The notes beneath the pieces are model-generated. The model ran no database searches, was not told the origin of the DNA, and saw nothing but the letters and a program-made list of their open reading frames with translations. A stretch of DNA of 64,000 bases from NCBI GenBank assembly GCA_963813025.1, contig CAWEXO010000005.1, forward strand, positions 192,001 through 256,000, in the 5' to 3' direction. A program made the position numbers and the translations under genes. This DNA comes from an uncultured Verrucomicrobiae bacterium (GTDB lineage: Bacteria; Verrucomicrobiota; Verrucomicrobiia; Chthoniobacterales; JAFAMB01). Positions 21,297 through 30,337 of this stretch are shown here, in pieces (position 1 is the stretch's first letter; every line of letters starts with the position of its first letter).

Positions 21297-22469
21297 GTGG
21301 CTAGCCTCAAGGACATCGCCCGGAGAGCAAACGTCCCGATCCGGGTTGCATTTCAGGTCCTAAATGGGAGTAGCTCCGCAAATCAGGCCATACAAAGAAA
21401 GGTGGTCGCCGCGGCTAGGAGCCTAAGCTATAAGCTCCATGTTACACTGCGTGACGTAGCGGACGAAGCTAAGGTTTCGGTAACCACGGTTAGCTACGTA
21501 CTGCACGACAATCCCGAAATTGGATCGGCAACTCGCAGGCGTGTGCTGGATGCAGTAGAGGCATTGGAGTATCGTGTCAATAACACGGCCAGAAATCTAA
21601 AAACTAATCGAACCCATATGATCGGGTATCCATGGCATATCACTGAGGATCCTGAGCGGTTTAGCCCTATGCTTGATCGTTTTCTCTATAGAGTCGTGGT
21701 AAGGGCCCAATCATACGGATATCATTTGCTCACCTTTACAGAACCGCGTTCAGACGTAGTGAGACTTTACGAAGAATTGGTACGTGGCGGCCATGTCGAT
21801 GGTTTTATACTTCCCGAGCCATGTTATAACGATCCCCGCATCGATCAACTGCAGCGGATGGATATTCCCTTTGTATTGCTTGGACGCTCAGGTTCCAACA
21901 TGCGTTTCGCATCCGTCGACGTGGATGCGGAATTGGCTATATCTAGAACGGTCGAGCATTTACTGGAATTAGGGCATCGAAATATCGCCCTTTTAGGGCT
22001 GGCAGAGAAATTGACGACCGCTGACAGTCGAATGCGTGGATTTGTTCGTACCTTGTCCAGTGCTGGGCTGGCGGCCAGGCCTGAATGGATTGTTCGGCTA
22101 CCTAATACGCGAGAAGCTGGGGCAAGGGCGACCCAACAGATCATGCAAGCGATTCCAGCGCCAACCGCGTTGGTATGTTCCTCTGACGTATTAGCCTTGG
22201 GCGTAAACGCTTACTTGGAAAGCGTCGGTCTTCGCATGGGTATCGAAATAGCAGTTACGGGCTACGATGATGGGCCGGTCGCAGCGTATTTAGGGTTAAC
22301 CTCGATTCGGCAGCCGACTGATGTAATTGGTGCGACGGTCGTCGATCTTTTGCTCTCACAGATCAGGCGGGAAAAGAATGGGTTGCGGCAAATATTGCTG
22401 GAACCGGAATTGGTAGTGCGATCGAGCAGCCAGGTGAGGGTTGTTGATGGGGTCGTCATTAGAAGATAG
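21297..22469 (+). CDS. LacI family regulator with two tandem N-terminal HTH domains
   Basis: ASLKDIARRANV...VLNG and VTLRDVADEAKVSVTTVSYVL, followed by sugar-binding domain (VTGYDD, LTSIRQP). Confidence 0.88.
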   Translation: MASLKDIARRANVPIRVAFQVLNGSSSANQAIQRKVVAAARSLSYKLHVTLRDVADEAKVSVTTVSYVLHDNPEIGSATRRRVLDAVEALEYRVNNTARNLKTNRTHMIGYPWHITEDPERFSPMLDRFLYRVVVRAQSYGYHLLTFTEPRSDVVRLYEELVRGGHVDGFILPEPCYNDPRIDQLQRMDIPFVLLGRSGSNMRFASVDVDAELAISRTVEHLLELGHRNIALLGLAEKLTTADSRMRGFVRTLSSAGLAARPEWIVRLPNTREAGARATQQIMQAIPAPTALVCSSDVLALGVNAYLESVGLRMGIEIAVTGYDDGPVAAYLGLTSIRQPTDVIGATVVDLLLSQIRREKNGLRQILLEPELVVRSSSQVRVVDGVVIRR

Positions 22470-22759
22470 TAACCGTAGCCTCCTGACTTCTACATGCAGC
22501 GCCACTTTGGCTGGTGAGATGAAATCTTTTTTACGAACCAATTCTTCACGCTCAGAGGTCTGACTGAGATCCTCAAACGCGATATTACTGGCAAAAAACG
22601 CTGATCCACCTTTGTCCTGTTTATTCAGGAAAGAAAGGTGAATAGTTCCGGCGATTCGTTTATTTCCACCCCTGCAAATATGCCTGGTTCGCAAGGAACA
22701 TAGGGAAGGTTTTCGATCAACCCGTGATTGAGCACATTGCCATAAAGCGACTGAGCGTT

Positions 22760-22915
22760 GCCGGGCGGCCGACCCCTTCGGTGTCCACGTCCATCAACTC
22801 GATATGGCTATCCTCCAAAGCGGGATAAGTGAACAGATCCACAACGACTTCGCGAATGAACTTCGAACTTCCGCCGCCAATGAAAGTTATTTTGCATCTA
22901 TTCATTTGCATCGTT
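22760..22915 (-). pseudogene. Glycoside hydrolase family 4 N-terminal fragment
   Basis: [12 protein letters not shown]...DLFTYPAL...IELMDVD, then truncated. Confidence 0.7.
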
Positions 22916-23018
22916 CTCTTCTTCCTGGCACAGAAATATTCTACCGAAGGAATCACCCTAACCACCACCAAACGATGAATCATTTCAGAAGAGACTCTAA
23001 CCAACGAAAGGAGTTGGC

Positions 23019-24011
23019 GTGAAGGTTGCCATCGCTGGACTGGGCAACATCGGAAAGCGCTGGGCCGAAGTGCTCAACCAGGCACCGGACGTTGAGCTGG
23101 CTGTATTAGTTGATCCGCTGGTCGGCATGCCAGAGGTTTTCCCATGGCTGGCGCGATATCCGGACATTCCTCAGGTACAAACGATTGACGTGCTCTTGGA
23201 CTTTGATGTTGACGCCTTGGTGGTTACAGCCTCTTCGCCGGCGCACGCTGAGATCGTCCAACGCGCTTTGGAGCTTGGGCTTCACGTGCTCGTAGAAAAA
23301 CCTTTCGCGACCCAAATTTCGGATGCGGAGGCGCTTGTTGCATTGGCTCGCGCCAAAGGACGGATTCTTATGGTGAGTCAAAACTATCGGTTCTTTCCAG
23401 GACCGCAGACTCTGCAATCAATTGGAAGGAATGGTGAGCTCGGAGCAGTGCGAGCGGTAATTGGACAGTTCTGGTATGCCTGGCCCGGGAGAGCCTACCA
23501 ACACCAAATGATGCATCCTATGGGGCTTGAAATGGCCGTCCATCATTTTGATCTCGTGCGCGCAATGTTCGATGCAAATGCAGTTTCCGGACAGGTGCAA
23601 GAATGGAATCCTGAGAGGAGTCCATATCGGATGGGCGGTGCGTTGGAAGCGCTGTTTACGATGGCTAACCAGAGCTCGCTTTTTCCGTTTCTCTACTCTG
23701 GAAGCATTGTTACGCAGAGAACGAGAACGCCTTGGGGCGGATTGTGGCGCTTTGAATTCGACCGAGGCACGGTCATTGCTGACAACATCGATGGACAGTA
23801 TGGCCTCTTCCTGGCTGGTGATGGGCAATACAAACTTCTCTCCGCCTTCGCAGATGAATCTATGGCTTTCGATAAGTCATTCAGCCACTTCCATGACTGC
23901 ATCAAGAATGCCAAGGAAGCTTGGTGCAGCGGAGCTGACAACCTCAATACCTTGCGTATGGTCTTGAGTTTTATCGTTGACGAAACCAAGTACCACTATG
24001 CCAAAGACTGA
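23019..24011 (+). CDS. Gfo/Idh/MocA family oxidoreductase
   Basis: [45 protein letters not shown]. Confidence 0.9.
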   Translation: MKVAIAGLGNIGKRWAEVLNQAPDVELAVLVDPLVGMPEVFPWLARYPDIPQVQTIDVLLDFDVDALVVTASSPAHAEIVQRALELGLHVLVEKPFATQISDAEALVALARAKGRILMVSQNYRFFPGPQTLQSIGRNGELGAVRAVIGQFWYAWPGRAYQHQMMHPMGLEMAVHHFDLVRAMFDANAVSGQVQEWNPERSPYRMGGALEALFTMANQSSLFPFLYSGSIVTQRTRTPWGGLWRFEFDRGTVIADNIDGQYGLFLAGDGQYKLLSAFADESMAFDKSFSHFHDCIKNAKEAWCSGADNLNTLRMVLSFIVDETKYHYAKD

Positions 24012-24206
24012 TCAGAAAGAACCAATCGACTCCCGGTCCTGTTCGGTTCGTTGATGGCCTTGCTGACATTTCAAGCCGTGGGCAAGATGGATTTGCTGGC
24101 GGCTTGGAAGATCGTGCTACCGGCAACGCTCGGAATCGCTTTCCAAAAGGGAATGACCACGGTGGGTGCGGTCGGCTCATGACAATTGTTAGCTATTGGA
24201 AATAGA

Positions 24207-25781
24207 ATGAGTGACTTGATTCCCCAAACCGTGTTGCCGCCCAGGGTGGCAATTATTGGAACCGGTCCTGGCGGTCTAGTCACGGCAAAATTCCTAAAAC
24301 AGCACGGATTCGAACCGGTGCTCTTTGAACAAAACGACTCGATCGGTGGCCAATGGAATGCGTGCTCATCTAACAGCGGAGTCTGGCCTTCGATGGTGAC
24401 CAACACGAGCCGGTTGCTAACCTGCTTCAGCGATCTCGCTCCCGAACCTAAGTCGGCGATATTCCCATCCAATCGGGAGATCCTTGCCTATTTGGGGCGC
24501 TATGCAGCGAAGTTCGATATCCTTTCCCGCATTCGCTATAAAACCCGTGTCGAATTGATCGAGCGCGACCCTGCGGGTTGTGGTTGGATGATTAGATCCA
24601 ATGGCACAGAAAAAAGGGCAGAGACATTTCTGTACGTCGTTGTTGCTTCCGGCCGATTTACCAAACCCAGGATTCCGTCCCTGCCCGGACTCAAATCGTT
24701 TTGCGGATCGGGTGGTGTGCTCCACAGCTTTCAATATAAGCACCCAGACACCTTCCGCGGCAAACGGGTGTTGGTGATGGGTTGTGCAATCAGCGCGCTC
24801 GAAATTGCGAGCGACCTCGCGATGCTTGGCGCAACCCGCGTTGTCTCGACCTTCCGCCGCCAACGCTACGTCGTACAAAAGCTGGTGGCCGGGATACCAA
24901 GCGACGCGCTCGGGTTAACTCGATTCGCGGCGCTTAACGCAGAGACCGTTCCACGAGAAGTGCTCGGTAAAGCAATGGAGGACTACATCCTGCGGGTGTT
25001 TGGCACTCCGGAGCAGTTCGGTGCATTGACGCCAGCCGGTAGTTTCTTGAATGTTGGAAGGGCGTTGAGTCAGCACTTCCTGCCCCTCGTAGCCGAGGGC
25101 CGGATTATCGTCAAACCCTGGATCAGCGCTATTCAGGGCCAGGGTGTTCGATTCAGCGATGAAAGTTTCGAAGAATTTGATGCCATTATCTTGGGAACCG
25201 GATTTGAGTTGAGCCTTCCGTTCTTAAGCCCCGCAATCTGCCGCACGCTCAATCTGGACGCGCAAAATGCCGACCTTTACAAATTCACGTTTCACCCGGA
25301 TTTGACTGGTCTGGCCTTCTTGGGCCTTTGGGAGCAAACCGGGCCTTATTTCCCGCCTCTAGAATTGCAGGCCCGCTGGATTTCGTACGTCTGGAGCGGA
25401 ATTCGGCCGCTTCCGCCTCGGGACCAGATGAAGGCCGCAATTGCGGGCTACCAGCCAAAGCGAGAAGGATCGCTGCCGGAATCGATGCATCTAATGGCAC
25501 TGTTGTTTGCGCGTGAAGCGGGCGTCGAACCCGATCTAAAACAGTGGCCGCGGTTGGCCCGCGCACTCCTGTTTGGCCCGCTTTCGGCCGTATCATTTCG
25601 GTTGAGCGGCCCTGACAGTCTCCCTGAAGCAGGAGAACGGATTGGCGCGGAAGCGAAAGAGTTAGGGACGGTCGTCAGCTCCGAGTTCTCAGGCGAACAG
25701 GTCGCGCAACTCCGGACTTTGGCTGCCGCTCGCAAAGAAGCAGCGTTTACCGAATTCGTGGACCGAATCACGAACTCGTAA
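24207..25781 (+). CDS. Flavin-containing monooxygenase (FMO family)
   Basis: VAIIGTGPGGL, IGGQW, FMO motif VLHSFQYK, second Rossmann-like GCAISALEIA, ELQARW. Confidence 0.88.
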   Translation: MSDLIPQTVLPPRVAIIGTGPGGLVTAKFLKQHGFEPVLFEQNDSIGGQWNACSSNSGVWPSMVTNTSRLLTCFSDLAPEPKSAIFPSNREILAYLGRYAAKFDILSRIRYKTRVELIERDPAGCGWMIRSNGTEKRAETFLYVVVASGRFTKPRIPSLPGLKSFCGSGGVLHSFQYKHPDTFRGKRVLVMGCAISALEIASDLAMLGATRVVSTFRRQRYVVQKLVAGIPSDALGLTRFAALNAETVPREVLGKAMEDYILRVFGTPEQFGALTPAGSFLNVGRALSQHFLPLVAEGRIIVKPWISAIQGQGVRFSDESFEEFDAIILGTGFELSLPFLSPAICRTLNLDAQNADLYKFTFHPDLTGLAFLGLWEQTGPYFPPLELQARWISYVWSGIRPLPPRDQMKAAIAGYQPKREGSLPESMHLMALLFAREAGVEPDLKQWPRLARALLFGPLSAVSFRLSGPDSLPEAGERIGAEAKELGTVVSSEFSGEQVAQLRTLAAARKEAAFTEFVDRITNS

Positions 25782-25789
25782 GCGAACGC

Positions 25790-26400
25790 CGGTGGGTTTG
25801 CAGAATGCACAAAGAATGACGCCCACAGGCGGGTTCTCTCCGTCATGAACCCAATACTCTTTAGCATAGTTGAGATAGAGGTGCATTTGCCCCACATCGG
25901 CGTGAGTGAAGCGACCCAGTTTGAGGTCAATCACGACCAAACAACGCAGGCAGCGAGCTGGCGTAATCTGGCAATTCCCTGGCCACCGCTAGAAAGGTCA
26001 GACAGCGTCTGGCCTTTTTCCGCAGAGAGAGGGGTCAGCTGAGAAGCAGATTGGCCAGACACTGTCAGGGCCAATCTGCTTCTCAGGCCAAGTAAGGAAG
26101 AACTTTCGTATGCTCTTCAAATTTGCTAAGCCGAATCCTTTGCCAAATCTGGCGGTCAGATCCGATGCAAGCTTCTTCAGGAGAGCTTCGCCGTATTCAG
26201 CCCTCTTTTTTCCTCGCTGCTCGACCTCCACAATTCGTCGGCCAATCTCCCAATAGGTTGCTGTCATGACGGCATTGACCGACCGAGCTGAAAAGCGGCG
26301 AGCGCTTTCCACGAGGTCAACTAGCTCTGAAACGATTGAATCGTACCCCTCGATAGGGCTGGAAGGCTTCTGAGGAGGCAAACGTTTCGGTAGCACGGGA
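25790..26400 (-). pseudogene. YhcG/DUF1016 PD-(D/E)xK nuclease family, internally deleted
   Basis: ARSVNAVMTATYWEIGRRIVEVEQRGKKRAEYG N-terminus; C-terminal VVIDLKLGRFTHADVGQMHLYLNYA...NPPVGVILC; middle missing. Confidence 0.82.
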
Positions 26401-26431
26401 TCACTTTCTCTTAAGGGCCGGGTCAAAGCCA

Positions 26432-27201
26432 GGGTCAAATCTCAATATTCAACATTGCCGTGACTTTTCTCAGCTTTGTCCGTAATGCCGGGTCAACCTT
26501 GAGCCTTTTCTCGAACCGTGAAATTGCCGCGTTGACCGCGGCGTACTCCATCCCGCCCGCCAGTTCTCCAAGCTCGCCCAGCCGCAGACCGCCATATCTT
26601 TGGCCCAGATACAGAGCCGCGGGCAACGCTCCATTGCCCCGCTCGGTTGACATCTGATCCCATCTCACCAGCATGCCTCCGGCTCCAAGCTTTGGGCGTC
26701 AACCTTGAGCCGCTCACCCGCACCGGCCCGCCCTTCATGACCCCCGAGTTCTTTCACGCGCACCGGATTAAGGTGGATATAGTGGTTGATAGTCAAAGCC
26801 GCTTTGCTCGAATCGTGGAGCGTGGATTTGAACCTACCTTGGAACAAGGGACCGACTCGCCGCTATCTCCGGTTAAACCAGGCTCCGTTAAGTGAGATTT
26901 AGCCACTGCATGGCTGGACTGAGGTTGGCCTCCAGGGTTTCGAGCTGCAAATGATAATGGTTGCCCATCAGGACATAGCCGTGGATCCGAATGGAGAATC
27001 GAGTTCGGGAACTGACCGAGAAGCTCCAGAAAGAAAACGATTGATCGCCTCGTCCGGAAAGATCGTTCTTCTTTCCACTCCGCGATTGACGACATGGAGC
27101 CATCCGCCGGGGATATTGAGGCGTAGCGCGCGAGCCATCGCAGCCAAACAACTAGCGATTTTGTGTTGGCCAAATCAAGGTTGAAAATTGAGATTTGACC
27201 C
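26432..27201 (-). mobile_element. End-to-end but internally deleted HUH/Y1 (RAYT-like) element, copy 4 (770 bp)
   Basis: Inverted 22-bp repeats at 26432-26453 and 27180-27201 (21/22 identical); frameshifted HUH transposase joined to HTH tail. Confidence 0.9.
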
Positions 27202-27393
27202 TTTGCTGCGTGTACGATGATCTAAGTACTGATAGGACCCCTTGACCTAAATCCGCCACTTTCATCGGTGACGTTGCCAGCAACATATAAGGGATGAGTG
27301 ATTCCAACTGCGAATTCAGCGCATTAGGCGTCATCCCTGAACCGCCGAAATTGACCCCATCCTTGAAATGTTTGCTGAGCAATTGCTTTACGA

Positions 27394-28498
27394 TCAGTCG
27401 AAGTTTTCCCAATTGCTGGTCCACTCGTTTAACATCGACAAGCTTGCCCGGCATGAGCGAACCCGCACTCGCAACAGAAAATGCCGCATGATCTTCAGTT
27501 CAATTCCAGAATTTAGGTTAAAAGCCTGCAAGCCCGGCCGGATCCTTTGCGAGAAATCCGGGGCATCGCCCGCCTCCTGAGCGCGTTTATTGATTAACGC
27601 TTGAGCCCTGAGCTCCTCAAATGGCAGATCGCCGGCCAGCACACCTCGCTCGTAAAGCATCCGCTCCAAAAAACCGTTTATCAGGATGCGCCAATCCCAT
27701 GGAAACCTGTTGAGCACTTGGATGCAGCACCCAGATGGCGGTTGTGCAGTTCTAGGTGATTACATTATACCAAGCCGGGCGAGCATACAGCTTGTTGAGC
27801 ACGTCGATGAACTCCATGAAACGCACACTAGCCTCGTCCGGAGAAAATCTCAGACGATAGAGGTAAACATCTTCATGGTTGTAATTCGTTCGAAGACGGA
27901 TAACGTCACGCTCATCCGCAGCGACATAGATAAGTGTGAACTGGCGATAAAGGCCAGCCGAGGTGGAAAATCCCTGTCCCTGTTTCAGCCGTTTTTCGAT
28001 CGAAAAGCAGAGGTGTCCTTGCGGTCCGAAGTCGAAAGAGGCAATCGGATGGACTATGAAGGGCACTCCCCAGTAATTGATGAACAGGTCCAGCGCACGG
28101 AGGTTGGCCAGATCGAAATCCCGGGTGTCGTAGCGCGGGGTGAAATCCGTGGCGCTTCGATATTCGAAATTTCGGATATTGTGAACCGTAAAGCGGTCTC
28201 CGTCACGACTGGCGTAAGCGAGGATCGCAACTTGCGGCTGCCAATCGGCATCTTGAGTTGGACGCAACGTCAACCACCAGCAGGTGATGCCTGCAAAACC
28301 GAGGAGAACCAGAATCCTTCCGCGCAACTGCCCGAAAGCGGCGAGCGCTATCGCTCCCGCGGCCCACACCAGCGAAGCGATCGTTCGCACGAGAGAGGGG
28401 CAAGGCAAGTCAAAGTACAGCGCGCCAGCGGCCCAGGCGATGAACAGCGCCCCAATTAAACTGGCAAAAGCGATCAAGACAAAACGGACCACGCGCAT
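27394..28498 (-). pseudogene. DUF4105 / Lnb-N-like membrane protein, in-frame stop plus frameshift
   Basis: VHNIRNFEYRS, GLYRQFTLIYVAADERDVIRLRTNY, WYNVIT*NCTT, then WDWRILING. Confidence 0.8.
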
Positions 28499-29436
28499 GA
28501 ACAAGCGCGGCCCCCGGGCACGAATAGAGGAAGACAGGACTGAGCCCGGCATATAGAGGCTTCGTTTTCTCTTTATTCAGCTGGATTGCAATCCTTTTAT
28601 ATGTCTTCAGGGCAAACAGTTTTGTCCACCCAGCATGCCCTTTGCATTTGGCTCCAGTTTATGGACTACGGCGTGGCCGCCAGCGAATTTCAGTGGAAAG
28701 GGCTGGATCTGGGCGGGATCCTTAAAGTCCCGATATAGTGACTCCAGAAGGTCGAATTGGCCCGTCTGGGCTCGGGAATAATTCTTTTGCCGAAGTCGCA
28801 CTTAATTTCAGAGTCGGGTGGGTTACGAGTTGCGCTTTGGCTGGTAGAGCCAAAGCTGTAAAGGCGAGGAAGCTAGTCAATATCCATGTCCGTGTCCTAA
28901 CCGGTGGTTTGGCTGTTGCTGTTGAGGCTACCATGTTATCTTAGCCGGCTTTTGAGCAGTGCTTTGATGACCTCTTTGTATTGGTGAGTGGCTGCTTCGT
29001 GCAAGGCAGTATCCTTTAACAACGTTAGAACCGATAGCACCAATTTTGGCAGCCACCCGGCAGGAACGGTATGGAGATTTGGCGGTGGTCTTACGGCAAA
29101 ACTCAGCCAATCATTCTACATCGCGAGGATAGACCCGTGTTAGTAGCGTCGGGTCGCCCGCCCCTACCCTGCCCAGCTTTCAAAAACTACTGGCTTGCGT
29201 CGGCACAAACAAAGGGACCTTGTTTTGTTGGTTGTATTTTGTCAGGTCGGGTCTGCCATATCCCACCAGGACGTCGATGACTTCCTGAGAAATCGCACCG
29301 GCTCCACCCAGGCGGCCCACCACTCACCAACCTTCTTACTCGCGGCGGTCAGCTTCATCTCGCAATTTTGACCGCGTTCGGACTACCCGTCCATGCCTTA
29401 TCGCCTGTCGTGAGCGATATTTGACCTGTCCCTCTT

Positions 29437-30315
29437 TTACTCTCCCGGGCGGCCATTTCCTCGGATCTTCCGTGTCCCCTTTTTCTTCTTCGGCCTCCGC
29501 TTGGTTTGTCTGGTATGACGAGCTGTCCTGCCTGCTGAAGCCCTCTCTCTTTTGCCGTCCGCAGTTTTCGCCGGTTTGCTAGTCTTCGGCCGCATAGACG
29601 GCTCGATCTCGATGCCGAAGACGTCTTCAAGGCTCTCTTCCGCCAATGTTCCCGACCTGTCTGGAGAGGTCAGGACATCGGAGGTTACACTTTCCGCTGC
29701 CTGGCTGATGAGTTCAAGATGGTCAGCCCCACGAAGCAAAAAAAGTAGTTCGGGGTTTTCGTCCAGGCGCGTACCGACCGCGTAGAGCGTTGCCGCAACG
29801 TGTTTGCACATTTCGGCCCAGTCGGGGCACGAGCAATTCAGCCCGATTTCGATCGGCTTGGGGAACAAGCCCGTGTCTCGACGGGTCATGATCTCCATGA
29901 CGTGCGTGGAGAGCCGCCCCTGCAAGAGGTCCAGGAGGGAGCCCACGCGGCCGGCGCATTCCGTTTTCAGCGCTTGCCAGGCGTGCGGGTTAACCGGATC
30001 GATATTGATTTTGATTCGGTAAAGGTCACTTCCACTCACGAGCGCGCTCACGACTCCGGGAGCAATGTGCAGATCGATGACCGAACCGTTCCGAACGTAA
30101 CTGCGACCGCGCGGGAGCCGGTTGGCATAATCGCTGTACGATTCGAGGTTAGAGCACCAGGCGTTGCCCCAGAAGCTCCTGGCAATCATCCGACCTTGGA
30201 TGCGGACTGGACTCAATTTTTGCCCCTTTCTTTCGCAAGCTTCTTCTGCTTTCTGCGAACGGCGACGCTTTGCGGCAGCGCTCACATACGATCGGAAGGA
30301 CCATCCCCAGCTCAT
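29437..30315 (-). CDS. SWIM zinc-finger protein
   Basis: NRLPRGRSYVRNGSV and CSCPDWAEMCKHVAATLY (CxC...CxH). Confidence 0.92.
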   Translation of the reverse strand: MSWGWSFRSYVSAAAKRRRSQKAEEACERKGQKLSPVRIQGRMIARSFWGNAWCSNLESYSDYANRLPRGRSYVRNGSVIDLHIAPGVVSALVSGSDLYRIKINIDPVNPHAWQALKTECAGRVGSLLDLLQGRLSTHVMEIMTRRDTGLFPKPIEIGLNCSCPDWAEMCKHVAATLYAVGTRLDENPELLFLLRGADHLELISQAAESVTSDVLTSPDRSGTLAEESLEDVFGIEIEPSMRPKTSKPAKTADGKRERASAGRTARHTRQTKRRPKKKKGTRKIRGNGRPGE

Positions 30316-30337
30316 TTAATTATCACCAACGCTTCAC

